A DNA stretch of 64,000 bases from Spirochaetia bacterium (lineage in GTDB: Bacteria; Spirochaetota; Spirochaetia; SZUA-6; Bin103): the NCBI GenBank assembly GCA_965198005.1, contig CBDAOI010000004.1:768001-832000 (forward strand). The letters run 5' to 3'. The stretch's first letter is position 1, and every line of letters starts with the position of its first letter. The position numbers and the translations under genes were made by a program. Below the pieces are notes generated by a model. The model was given only the letters and a program-made list of their open reading frames with translations, ran no database searches and was not told the DNA's origin. Shown here in pieces: positions 24,563-33,725 of this stretch.

Positions 24563-25021
24563 CTACCGGGCGCTACCGCTGTCGAGCGCCGGCAGCACGT
24601 TGATGCCCAGCGCCGCGGCGTTGCGCCGCATCCGCTCGTCCATTGACAGCAGCGCAAGCTCGGTAACCAGGCTGCGCGCCGCCAACAGGGTCGAGAGGTG
24701 GATCGCGTCGGCCGTCCGCACCGGCTCCTCCGGGAAGGTGCGCCGCGAACGTTCCACCACCTCCCGGTCGATCGTGAAGATAGTCCAGTGATCGGCCGTC
24801 GCGGTGAGCATCTCGCGGGTGCGCGCGGCCAGCGCCAGACTGATCACGCCGCGGGCCTGCCCGCGGTGCAATACGCGGTCGCACTCGATCAGGGTCAGGT
24901 CGGAGGTGAGCACCAGTGGCGCCGCGTGCAGCCACTGGCGGGTTTCGTTACCGGCGTCCTCACCCAGCAGCCACGCCAGGATGGCGCTGGACTCGGCGTA
25001 CAGATTGGTTGGCCGCGTCAT
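24563..25021 (-). CDS. vapC: VapC-like PIN toxin
   Basis: YAESSA, TLIEC, RTADAIHLST, SMDER. Confidence 0.8.
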   Translation of the reverse strand: MTRPTNLYAESSAILAWLLGEDAGNETRQWLHAAPLVLTSDLTLIECDRVLHRGQARGVISLALAARTREMLTATADHWTIFTIDREVVERSRRTFPEEPVRTADAIHLSTLLAARSLVTELALLSMDERMRRNAAALGINVLPALDSGSAR

Positions 25022-25308
25022 CCCGCGCCGCGTTCCTCGTCCAGCAGCCGTTGCGCCACACCCACGGTCAGGGAACGGGGCACGCGTGGATACGAGGCGG
25101 CGAAGTTGGTGGCGCCGAGGCGCACCTTGCCGGCACGCGCGTGCCGGATCAGGCCGGGATAGGCGGAGTCCGCGGCCTCACTGGTGGGCTGCGACAACTG
25201 CGCCACTACCCGACCCCGATCGGTTATCAGAACCTCCTCCCCATCGCGTACGCGGCGTACGTACTCGCTGAGCCGGTTCCTGAGCTCTCGAATTCCGACG
25301 GATACCAT
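25018..25308 (-). CDS. Phd/YefM-family antitoxin
   Basis: VGIRELRNRLSEYVRRVRDGEEVLITDRGRVVA. Confidence 0.88.
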   Translation of the reverse strand: MVSVGIRELRNRLSEYVRRVRDGEEVLITDRGRVVAQLSQPTSEAADSAYPGLIRHARAGKVRLGATNFAASYPRVPRSLTVGVAQRLLDEERGAG

Positions 25309-25399
25309 GGCCCCGCCATTGTGCCCTCAAGGAGCCACATAGTCCAGCGGGGGTATTTGTGGTGGAGTCATGAGCCGCTTGCGTGCTACGCTGCGAACC

Positions 25400-26242
25400 A
25401 TGCTGTACGGCGTTCACATTTTCCCCACGGAGCACTCGATTCAGCCCGGTGAGCTGGCACGCGCCGCCGAGCAACGCGGTCTGGAGTCGGTGTGGGTGTC
25501 GGAGCACACCCACATTCCGCTCCGCTTTCTGCAGGGATCGGGGCGCGGGCTGCCCGACTACTACGGGCAGACCTACGATCCGTTCGTGGCGCTCGCGCAC
25601 GCGGCGGCGGTAACCGACTCGATCCGGCTGGGCACCGGCGTCAGCCTGGTCATCGAGCGCGATCCGATCGTGCTGGCCAAGGAGGTGGCGTCGCTCGACC
25701 GGCTGTCGAACGGCAGGTTCATATTCGGGGTCGGCGCCGGTTGGCTGAAAGAGGAGATGAACGACCACGGGGTCGATTATCGTACCCGCTTCCGGCTGCT
25801 GTGCGAGCAGGTACGGGCGATGCAGGCGATCTGGACCAGCGCGCAGGCCGAGTTCCACGGCCGGTTCGTCCGCTTCGACCAGATGCGGGCGTTGCCCAAG
25901 CCGCAGCAGCGGCCGTACCCGCCGATCATCCTTGGTGGCAGCGGCGGCAAGGCGCTGGAGTGCGCGGTGGCGGTGGGCGACGGCTGGGCGCCCTGGCTGC
26001 TGCCGGCGGAGCAGCGGCAGGGGATGATCGCCGAGCTGCGGCGGCTGGCTGCCGAGGCCGGGCGCGACCCCGACGCGCTGGAGGTATCGCTGTTCGAGGA
26101 AGCGGTCCCGGACGCGCGCGAAACGGCCAAGATGGCGGCTCTCGGGGTCAGGCGGGTGATCGTGACTCTGCTCGGCAACGGCCGGGACGAGTCGCTCCCC
26201 GTGCTGGACGCGCTGGCCGCGGCCGCGCAGCGGGGGGCCTAG
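25400..26242 (+). CDS. LLM-class (F420-dependent type) oxidoreductase
   Basis: WVSEHTHIP, DPFVAL, LAKEVASLDRLSNGR, PKPQQRPYPPI. Confidence 0.88.
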   Translation: MLYGVHIFPTEHSIQPGELARAAEQRGLESVWVSEHTHIPLRFLQGSGRGLPDYYGQTYDPFVALAHAAAVTDSIRLGTGVSLVIERDPIVLAKEVASLDRLSNGRFIFGVGAGWLKEEMNDHGVDYRTRFRLLCEQVRAMQAIWTSAQAEFHGRFVRFDQMRALPKPQQRPYPPIILGGSGGKALECAVAVGDGWAPWLLPAEQRQGMIAELRRLAAEAGRDPDALEVSLFEEAVPDARETAKMAALGVRRVIVTLLGNGRDESLPVLDALAAAAQRGA

Positions 26243-26985
26243 AAGCTGTCGCCGGCGGAGCGGGTGCGGTCTTCGGTGGCCGACTCCTGGGCCTCGTACT
26301 GGCCGCGCGCGGCGGCCACGTACTCCCGCCACGTGGCGCGATCGCGATACAGAATGTCGGCGTCGCTGACCGAAAACACGTTCTGGAACACCAGCAGGAA
26401 GATGTCGCTGTCCGCGGTTGCCCAGGCGGAGATCCGCGCCGGCATCCCCAACGCGTGCGTGAACTGGACGTTCTTGACGTCGTAGCTGACCGGATCGATC
26501 CCCAGCGACCTGGTGATCGCCTGTTCCAGGATCTCGGACACCTCGGTGTGGCTGCCGTCGCCGCCGGTGTCCAGGGTCTTGCGGACCATGAACAGCCGGT
26601 AGGAGCCGATGTCCGCGGGCGCGGTGTGGTCGCGGAAAAAGAACAGGTCGATCGACTGCACGTTCTCCCAGCTCGCGTGGCTCACGCGGTACCGGCGGGT
26701 CACCTCGACGCTGAGCTGGAGCTGCCCCAGCCAGTTGCGGTAGAGACCCTCGGTAAAGAAGTCGGGCAGCACCTCGTACTGGCCGATGAAGAACGCTTCG
26801 GCGCCCTCGTCGGTCTCGACCGTGGCCCCGCTCAGCTCACTCAGGATCCGGCGCGCGGTCTGCCCGAACGGGATGCTGCCGTAGGAGTACTCCGGCGGCG
26901 CCGCGCGCTGGGCGTGCCCGTCGAACGCCGCCAGCACCAGCACGACCCCGCCCACCAGCAGGCGGGAAGTGATTGTTCGTCTCAT
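26239..26985 (-). CDS. Hypothetical exported protein
   Basis: GGAGGA RBS, signal peptide MRRTITSRLLVGGVVLVLAA, globular composition. Confidence 0.65.
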   Translation of the reverse strand: MRRTITSRLLVGGVVLVLAAFDGHAQRAAPPEYSYGSIPFGQTARRILSELSGATVETDEGAEAFFIGQYEVLPDFFTEGLYRNWLGQLQLSVEVTRRYRVSHASWENVQSIDLFFFRDHTAPADIGSYRLFMVRKTLDTGGDGSHTEVSEILEQAITRSLGIDPVSYDVKNVQFTHALGMPARISAWATADSDIFLLVFQNVFSVSDADILYRDRATWREYVAAARGQYEAQESATEDRTRSAGDSF

Positions 26986-27005
26986 CTCATCCTCCAGTAA
27001 CCCGG

Positions 27006-27605
27006 CTAGCGCAGGAACCCCTGACGCTCGGCGTCCGCGACCAGCTCCTGCGCGAAGCGCCAGAGCGCCGGCGCGCCGGAGTCGATCACTGCGTTGACTT
27101 CCCGCACTTGGCGCGCGCTCACGCCGTGCTTGCGCCAGCCCGGGCCGCGGTTGAAGTAGTTGAGGAGCAACGGCTGCAGCCGATCCACGGCGAGGGCAAA
27201 CCGCGCCTCGGCGCTCTCCCGCGCCTCGAACTCGTCCCACAGCGCGCGCAGCTCCGGCGCCTGGTCCGGCGGCAGCAGCGCGAAGATCCGGTCGGCGGCG
27301 CGCCGCTCCCGCTCCGCCTGGTCGCGCCTGGCGGCCTGGTCGTACACGAACGTGTCGCCAGCGTCGATCTCCACCAGGTCGTGCAGCAGCAGCATCTTCA
27401 GCACCCGCAGCATATCCAGCTCCGCCGGCGCCGCGGCGTGCTCGGCCAGCACGACCGCCATCAGGCTGATGTGCCAGGAGTGCTCGGCGGAGTTCTCGCG
27501 CCGGCCGCGGCCGATGAGCACGCTCTGCCGCAGCACCTGCTTGAGTCTGTCCGCCTCCAGCACGAACCGGATCTGGCGCCCGATGCGCCCGGCAAACGGA
27601 TCCAT
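27006..27605 (-). CDS. HD-domain phosphohydrolase (HD_3/YfbR-like)
   Basis: ENSAEHSWH, LLHDLVEIDAGD, DRLQP. Confidence 0.88.
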   Translation of the reverse strand: MDPFAGRIGRQIRFVLEADRLKQVLRQSVLIGRGRRENSAEHSWHISLMAVVLAEHAAAPAELDMLRVLKMLLLHDLVEIDAGDTFVYDQAARRDQAERERRAADRIFALLPPDQAPELRALWDEFEARESAEARFALAVDRLQPLLLNYFNRGPGWRKHGVSARQVREVNAVIDSGAPALWRFAQELVADAERQGFLR

Positions 27606-27648
27606 CACCCCCACTGTAGCCGAATCGCAGCCCGTGCGCTACCTGCTC

Positions 27649-28266
27649 TCAACCAAACAGCCGCCGCAACCAAGCCACGAGCTGAACCGCACCAAGCGCA
27701 TCAACGTTCAGATCCCCAGCCTTGATTGCCACACCCATCTTTCGCGGTTCCTCCCTCGTTGCCAACCATGCATGGACTTTGGCCCGAAGTATCTTGCCGT
27801 CCCTGAACTTTCGGTCCCCGGCCGGTATCCCGTCAACATAATGTTGGGACAGTGGCCACACGGGATCGTCATCCGGGATCATCCCTTCGACAAACTCTTC
27901 CAGTTCGCCCGTCGACACGTTATTCGGCATCAGCCAAATGCCGACACGCGGGCGGCCATCGATAATAGTCCCGGACGGATCCGGGCTATCTGGCGGGGTG
28001 ATATTCACGCGTACAAGTCTGTCGACCACTGCTTGCCAACGACTCCGTACGTCGTCGTTTGCGTCAATCAGTATGCCAACCGCCTGCCGTCCCGGGACTC
28101 TCACCTCGTTGCCGATGGCGGTGAGAAGGGGATCTTTCCCTCCCTTGTCAGAAATGTCGAACTGGCAATCCGGCGTCGAACGTTCGCGGAGATGGATCAC
28201 AACGTGCTTGTCGTCGGGGCCTTCGACCAACAATACGCGTGGCTGCGGTGAAGTGGGACCGGGCAC
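27649..28266 (-). CDS. DUF3226-like TOPRIM-fold protein
   Basis: LLVEGPDD, GILIDAND, GIWLMPNN..GELE, KAKVHAWLA-like RAKVHAWLA. Confidence 0.75.
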   Translation of the reverse strand: MPGPTSPQPRVLLVEGPDDKHVVIHLRERSTPDCQFDISDKGGKDPLLTAIGNEVRVPGRQAVGILIDANDDVRSRWQAVVDRLVRVNITPPDSPDPSGTIIDGRPRVGIWLMPNNVSTGELEEFVEGMIPDDDPVWPLSQHYVDGIPAGDRKFRDGKILRAKVHAWLATREEPRKMGVAIKAGDLNVDALGAVQLVAWLRRLFG

Positions 28267-28270
28267 AGCG

Positions 28271-29365
28271 TCAGCGAACCTCGATACCCTGCTCGGCAGC
28301 GATCTTCAAGTCTTCCTCTGAATACTCGACAGCTCGCAACTCCCTGTCATCCCGGTCGAGGCGTACCAAGACGCCGTCAGCGTCCCGATATTCCGCCGCC
28401 GCGTAGGCGAACCCCCTCACGCAGTCCCAGCTATGCGTGGTCGCCAGCACTTGGACGTCGTTCGCCTGCGCTGTCCGCAGGATCATCTTCCACAAGTCGA
28501 GCTGGACGCTGTGGTGGATCCCGTTCTCAGCTTCATCGATTAGCAGAAATCCGCCTCGGCTGTTGGCGAGCGCTACGGCAATGCCGAAAAGACGCACCGC
28601 GCCGTCACCCAGGCTCCTCAGCGGTACTGGTCGGTCTTGCCCCTTTAGTCTGACAATCACGCGTCGCACATCCCTCACGGTCCTCGACGCGCCGTCGCCC
28701 ACCATGGCGATCCCGGCGAGCTCGTTACCGACTACCAAGTCCAGTGCCGCTTGCACTCGGGTTTCGTCTTCTGTGAGAGCGACACTATCCCAGAGGCGTG
28801 ACGTGTGACGTTCGCTCAGCATTCCAGGTCCAAGGTATTCGCATGTGATGGCCGGTGGTGGCTCATCTTCGGTGGCTGAACGTCGACTGCGTGTGGACCG
28901 ATAGCGACCGGCGGATGAGAGATCCATGACGTATGGCTCATGTTTTCGAAAGGTAACTTTGAGACCAATACTATCAACTTGGTCCGGGAACCGTTCTTCT
29001 TGTGGATTGTCAATTACGTGTATGTTTACACGCTCATCCATGTTTGCTGGGCCAATTGATATTCCTGTACTTCGCGTCGGATTCCTTCCATAGAATAAAG
29101 ACGCCCAATCCAGCGCAAGTATTCGGTCGCCATCTTCGTCGGTGAAGTCGGCCACTTCTTGTCGATCCCTTAGGAGTTCAGAGAGTACGGAGTAGCGGCC
29201 ACGCGCAGCATACACGCGGACGGCGTCCAGTACCGTGGTCTTACCGACGCTGTTTACTCCAGCTAGTAGGGTCACACGCCCTAGCCGTGAGATGGCGAGC
29301 TCATTGATACCGCGGAATCCACTCATTGAGAATTCTGCAAGATGAAGGTCGTAGTCGTTTGACAT
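28271..29365 (-). CDS. AAA_15/AAA_21 ATPase
   Basis: GFRGI, GVNSVGKTT, SLGDG, LIDEAENGIH, ATTHS. Confidence 0.85.
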   Translation of the reverse strand: MSNDYDLHLAEFSMSGFRGINELAISRLGRVTLLAGVNSVGKTTVLDAVRVYAARGRYSVLSELLRDRQEVADFTDEDGDRILALDWASLFYGRNPTRSTGISIGPANMDERVNIHVIDNPQEERFPDQVDSIGLKVTFRKHEPYVMDLSSAGRYRSTRSRRSATEDEPPPAITCEYLGPGMLSERHTSRLWDSVALTEDETRVQAALDLVVGNELAGIAMVGDGASRTVRDVRRVIVRLKGQDRPVPLRSLGDGAVRLFGIAVALANSRGGFLLIDEAENGIHHSVQLDLWKMILRTAQANDVQVLATTHSWDCVRGFAYAAAEYRDADGVLVRLDRDDRELRAVEYSEEDLKIAAEQGIEVR

Positions 29366-29633
29366 GTTCAAGTCTCGGAACAGGCGAATAGCCCCACGCT
29401 CGTACCTATTGTAACACGTCAGGGCTGGCGGTTCGCAAGCGCTGCACGCGACGGTGCGAAATCGGCGATGGCGCTGAGCGCCTGCCGGGCGAGAGTGCCG
29501 ATCATGTACACGCGGGGCGTACATGTGGACGGCGCGGTAGCCCGCGGCCGGGCTGCGGATGATGTGCGCCGGGGATTTGCGGGCGGGTCTCCAGGAGCAT
29601 CGGTGCATGCTATAGTGGCGGCGAGGAGGGTGG

Positions 29634-30926
29634 ATGAGTCTGGCTGGGAGGCGGCCGCCGGCGGAGCAGTGGAACGACTGGCGGTGGCAGCTCCGTAATC
29701 GTATCTCGACGGTCGAGGAGCTGGCGCGCTATCTGGATCTGGACGCCGCCGCGCGGGCGCAGATCCGGGCCGCCGGGGCGCGCTACCGGTGGAGCATCAC
29801 GCCCTACTACGCGAGCCTGATGGATCCGTGCGATGCCGCCTGTCCCCTGCGCCTGCAGCAGGTGCCGTCGAGCGCGGAGCTGCACGACGAGCTCGGCATC
29901 GGCGACCCGCTGTCGGAACGCGGCAACTCGCCGGTGGACGCCGTGGTCCACGTGTATCCGGACCGGGTGGCGTTCAAGGTCACCAACGTCTGTCCCACCT
30001 ACTGCCGCTACTGCTTCCGCGACTACTTCGTCGGCAACCCGGACGAGCACCACAGCCGGCACAAGGTGCAGCAGGGCATCGACTACATCGCCCGCACGCC
30101 GGCGATCCGGGACGTGCTGATTACCGGCGGCGATCCGTTCCTGTTCTCGGACGAGCGGCTGGACGATCTGCTCGGGCGCCTGCGCGCCATCGACCACGTC
30201 GAGATCGTCCGCTTCGGCACCCGCACGCCGTGCACGCTGCCGCAACGGATCACGCCCGCGCTGTGCCGGATGCTGGCCCGCCACCATCCGCTGTGGGTCA
30301 ACACCCACTTCAACCATCCGCGCGAGCTGACCGCCGAGGCGGCCGAGGCCTGCGCGCGGCTGGCGGACGCCGGCATCCCGCTCGGCAACCAGACCGTGCT
30401 GCTGAAGGGCGTGAACGACGACCTCGAGGTGATGCTGGCGTTGATCCACGGGCTGCTGCGCATGCGCGTTCGGCCCTATTACGTCTTTCACTGCCAGCTC
30501 CTGCACGGCACCGCGCACCTGCGCACCAGCATCGAACGCGGGTTGGAGATCGCGGCGGCCCTGCGCGGGCGCGTGACCGGGTTCGGTGTCCCCACCTACG
30601 TGCTGGACACCCCCTACGGCAAGGTGCCGCTGGCGCCGCAGTACCTGCTCGGCCGGATCGGCGACGAGGTGGTGGTGCGTACCTCCGACGGGCGCGTCTG
30701 GCGCGAGCCCAACCCGCTCGACGGCGAGCGGCCGGCGACGCCGCTGCCGGCGTTGTCGCCGCGGCGCGCCGCGGCGGTCGCCGGCACTGCCGGCACGCCG
30801 CGCAACCCGTTCCCGCGGACTGCACGGCCGTCGGCGGCGGCGGCCGGCGCCGGTATGCAGTGCAACCAGTCTCAGACCGAGCGCGCACCGGAAGTGGCCG
30901 CGACCGCGGGTCGGGCGGCAGGTTGA
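29634..30926 (+). CDS. KamA-family radical SAM aminomutase
   Basis: WNDWRWQLRN, CPTYCRYCFR, ITGGDP, HFNHPRE, NQTVLLKGVND. Confidence 0.88.
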   Translation: MSLAGRRPPAEQWNDWRWQLRNRISTVEELARYLDLDAAARAQIRAAGARYRWSITPYYASLMDPCDAACPLRLQQVPSSAELHDELGIGDPLSERGNSPVDAVVHVYPDRVAFKVTNVCPTYCRYCFRDYFVGNPDEHHSRHKVQQGIDYIARTPAIRDVLITGGDPFLFSDERLDDLLGRLRAIDHVEIVRFGTRTPCTLPQRITPALCRMLARHHPLWVNTHFNHPRELTAEAAEACARLADAGIPLGNQTVLLKGVNDDLEVMLALIHGLLRMRVRPYYVFHCQLLHGTAHLRTSIERGLEIAAALRGRVTGFGVPTYVLDTPYGKVPLAPQYLLGRIGDEVVVRTSDGRVWREPNPLDGERPATPLPALSPRRAAAVAGTAGTPRNPFPRTARPSAAAAGAGMQCNQSQTERAPEVAATAGRAAG

Positions 30927-30944
30927 GCGAAGGCGGCGGCGACG

Positions 30945-32030
30945 ATGGCGAGCAGCTTCGGTCACCTGTTCCGGGTCACCACCTGGGGTGAGTCGCACGG
31001 CCCGGCGGTCGGCGTGGTGGTGGACGGCTGTCCGCCGGGGCTGGCCTTGAGCGCGGCCGACCTGCAGGCCGAGCTGGATCGGCGGCGCCCCGGCCAGAGC
31101 CGGATCACCAGTCAGCGGGCGGAGAGCGACCAGGCGGAGATCCTGTCCGGCGTGTTCGAGGGGCGCACTACCGGCACCGCGATCCACGTGCTGGTGCGCA
31201 ATCGGGACGCGCGCGCGCGCGACTACGACGAGATGAGCACCAAGTACCGCCCGTCGCACGCCGATTTCACCTATGACGCCAAGTACGGCACGCGCGATTG
31301 GCGCGGCGGCGGCCGGGCCAGCGCGCGCGAGACCGTGGGACGGGTAGCGGCCGGCGCGATCGCGGCGCGCGTGCTGCGCGCGACCTGCGGCGCCGAGGTG
31401 GTGTCGTACGTCAAGCAAGTCGGCTCGGTCGACGCCGCGGTCGACCCTGGCGGCGTGACCCGGGCGGCGGTGGAGGCGCACATCACCCGCTGCCCGGATC
31501 CCGCGGCCGCGGCCGCCATGCAGGAGCAGATCGAGCTGGCGCGCAAGGCGGGCGACTCCCTCGGCGGCGTGGTGGAAGCGGTGGCGCGCGGCGTGCCGCC
31601 CGGCCTCGGCGAGCCGGTGTTCGACAAGCTCGACGCCGACTTGGCCAAGGCGCTGCTGTCGCTGCCCGCCTGCCGCGGCTTCGAGATCGGCTCGGGGTTC
31701 GCCGGCACGCGGCTCACCGGGAGCACCCACAACGACCCGTTCTACATGGAGCAGGGGAGGGTGCGCACCCGCGGCAACCGCTCCGGCGGGGTGCAGGGCG
31801 GCATCTCCAACGGCGAGGCGATCGTGGTGCGCGCCGCGTTCAAGCCCACGGCGACCATTCTGCGCCCGCAGCAGACGGTAGACCGTGACGGCAACGAGGT
31901 GATCCTGCACCCGCGCGGCCGGCACGATCCGTGCGTCCTGCCGCGCGCCGTGCCGCTGGTGGATGCGATGATCACTCTGGTGCTGGTCGACCACCTGCTG
32001 CGCCAGCGCGGCCAGCTCGGACGGGTCTGA
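30945..32030 (+). CDS. aroC: Chorismate synthase
   Basis: [44 protein letters not shown]. Confidence 0.97.
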   Translation: MASSFGHLFRVTTWGESHGPAVGVVVDGCPPGLALSAADLQAELDRRRPGQSRITSQRAESDQAEILSGVFEGRTTGTAIHVLVRNRDARARDYDEMSTKYRPSHADFTYDAKYGTRDWRGGGRASARETVGRVAAGAIAARVLRATCGAEVVSYVKQVGSVDAAVDPGGVTRAAVEAHITRCPDPAAAAAMQEQIELARKAGDSLGGVVEAVARGVPPGLGEPVFDKLDADLAKALLSLPACRGFEIGSGFAGTRLTGSTHNDPFYMEQGRVRTRGNRSGGVQGGISNGEAIVVRAAFKPTATILRPQQTVDRDGNEVILHPRGRHDPCVLPRAVPLVDAMITLVLVDHLLRQRGQLGRV

Positions 32031-32103
32031 GCCGCCCGCCCCAGCCGTGGCGCCGGCCGCGGCCGATTCACCGGAGCGGCCCCGGCCGCCGATAAGCAAT
32101 GCA

Positions 32104-32748
32104 ATGCTGCGCGCGTCGTTGCTGGCCGTTGCCCTCCTGGCCGCCCCGGCCGTCCTGCTGCCGGCGGTCGACCCGCCGGTGCTTACCCTCAGCTACGAGA
32201 ACGCCCGCGGCATCGAGCAGGATGACGAGCAGGAGCTGGCGCCTGCCTACGTACGCCACACCGTGGCGGCGAGCGCGCGCCAGGACCTGGGCGACCACGC
32301 CCGCCTGGCGCTGCCGGTGCGGGTCACCTTCCGCACGGACCCGCAGGCCGCGCCGCCCGACGACAGCCGGTCGGTGAGCTTCCAGCCGCGCCTCGACCTG
32401 GAGCTCACCGACCGGCTCGATCTGGGGACGGAGCTGATACTGCGCCACGGCGACGATCCGGCCCTCTGGACCGCCGGCGGGCGGCTGCAGTCACGCCTGC
32501 GGCTCGGCGACTTCACCGTGGACGGCTGGCTGAAACCCCTGTACTACACCTACCCCGAGCAGCCCGAGCGCGACCGTCAGCTCTACACCGCCACCCTCGG
32601 CGTGACCTACTCCCACCACGCGGTGCGCCTGAGCACCCGCTACCGCGGCACCGCGCGCTTCGCCCTCGGCGCAGCCAGCGCCGTGGACCCGCGCTTCTCC
32701 CATCTGGTCAAGGTAACCCTGCGGCTCGACCTGGCCGAAGTCCCCTGA
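32104..32748 (+). CDS. Hypothetical exported beta-strand-rich (outer-membrane-like) protein
   Basis: Signal peptide, alternating amphipathic strands. Confidence 0.55.
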   Translation: MLRASLLAVALLAAPAVLLPAVDPPVLTLSYENARGIEQDDEQELAPAYVRHTVAASARQDLGDHARLALPVRVTFRTDPQAAPPDDSRSVSFQPRLDLELTDRLDLGTELILRHGDDPALWTAGGRLQSRLRLGDFTVDGWLKPLYYTYPEQPERDRQLYTATLGVTYSHHAVRLSTRYRGTARFALGAASAVDPRFSHLVKVTLRLDLAEVP

Positions 32749-32760
32749 GCGGGGCGAACG

Positions 32761-33129
32761 TTACAGCGCGCAGATCAGTTCGAAATGACGATCGCAATGC
32801 AAGAGCGGCGCCTTGTGGCGCCGGGCGCATGCCTCGACGATCAGGTCGGTGGCCGGGACGGTGGCTCCCTGCTCGCGGGCGGTAGCGGCGAGCTTAACCG
32901 CTTGATTCCACACCACTTCGTCGATTGGCAATGACGGAACGCGGGTCTCCATCTCCCGGAGAACGGCCCGCTCGGGAGCGCCGCGCGCGCCGTTCCAGAG
33001 CTCAAGGCGAACGAGGGGACACCAAGCGGCATCTCCCGAGGACAGCTGGGCTTCCACTTGTCGTCGAACCGTCGCGTCGCCGCCACGTCTGAGTTGCTCG
33101 ATCCACGCCGACGTATCGATCAGCGTCAT
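32761..33129 (-). CDS. vapC: VapC PIN toxin
   Basis: LIDTSAW, VRLELWNG, ATDLIV, HCDRHF. Confidence 0.88.
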   Translation of the reverse strand: MTLIDTSAWIEQLRRGGDATVRRQVEAQLSSGDAAWCPLVRLELWNGARGAPERAVLREMETRVPSLPIDEVVWNQAVKLAATAREQGATVPATDLIVEACARRHKAPLLHCDRHFELICAL

Positions 33130-33344
33130 GTGACCTCGGTTTGTTCGCGGTCGAGTTCCGCTTCTTCGAGCGTCGCGTTGCTGTCGAAATCACAGGTGCC
33201 CGAGAACCGGATCAGTTGCGCCATGCGGTGTTTGCGGTTGAAGTTCCGTAACGCGGCTACTACAGCCTCACGTTTGGACTTGGCGTTGAGAAATTTCATG
33301 GCGTCCTGCAGTTCATTCTCGGGAATATCGATTGTGGTCTTCAT
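33126..33344 (-). CDS. vapB: VapB-type antitoxin
   Basis: MKTTIDIPENELQDAM..SKREAVVAAL; overlaps vapC start. Confidence 0.8.
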   Translation of the reverse strand: MKTTIDIPENELQDAMKFLNAKSKREAVVAALRNFNRKHRMAQLIRFSGTCDFDSNATLEEAELDREQTEVT

Positions 33345-33390
33345 GCACCCATCATAGCGACCGGCCACGGCGTTGGCGAATCGACGCCCG

Positions 33391-33696
33391 TCAACCCTCG
33401 ATCCGCGCCAGCGTTTCGGTGATCGGCGGCGTGCGCTACGGGTCGAGCCAGTCGCGCAGCACGAAGAAGCCGGCGACCACCTGCGATTCGATTCCGGAAT
33501 CCGGCGCCGCGTACTCGACGAGCAACTCGCCGTCGCGCCGGTAGAAGCGATGCGCCAAGGTCTCCGGATCGACATACGTACCGAGAACACGGTCGAGGAA
33601 GTTCATCAACTCGGCGTGGCGAATGGAAACCGGTGAGTCCTCGGCGGTGAGCAGTTCGCGCTCCAGGTCGATTGCTGCGGACACGCGGGTCGGCAT
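33391..33696 (-). pseudogene. Uma2-family endonuclease with two in-frame internal deletions and a premature TAG (33436)
   Basis: Colinear with the copy at 41798 but lacks FLEW..IFMH and HEHR..YWVL. Confidence 0.85.
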
Positions 33697-33725
33697 GCGG
33701 GCAGTATAGCGGATCGAGCCGGCGC

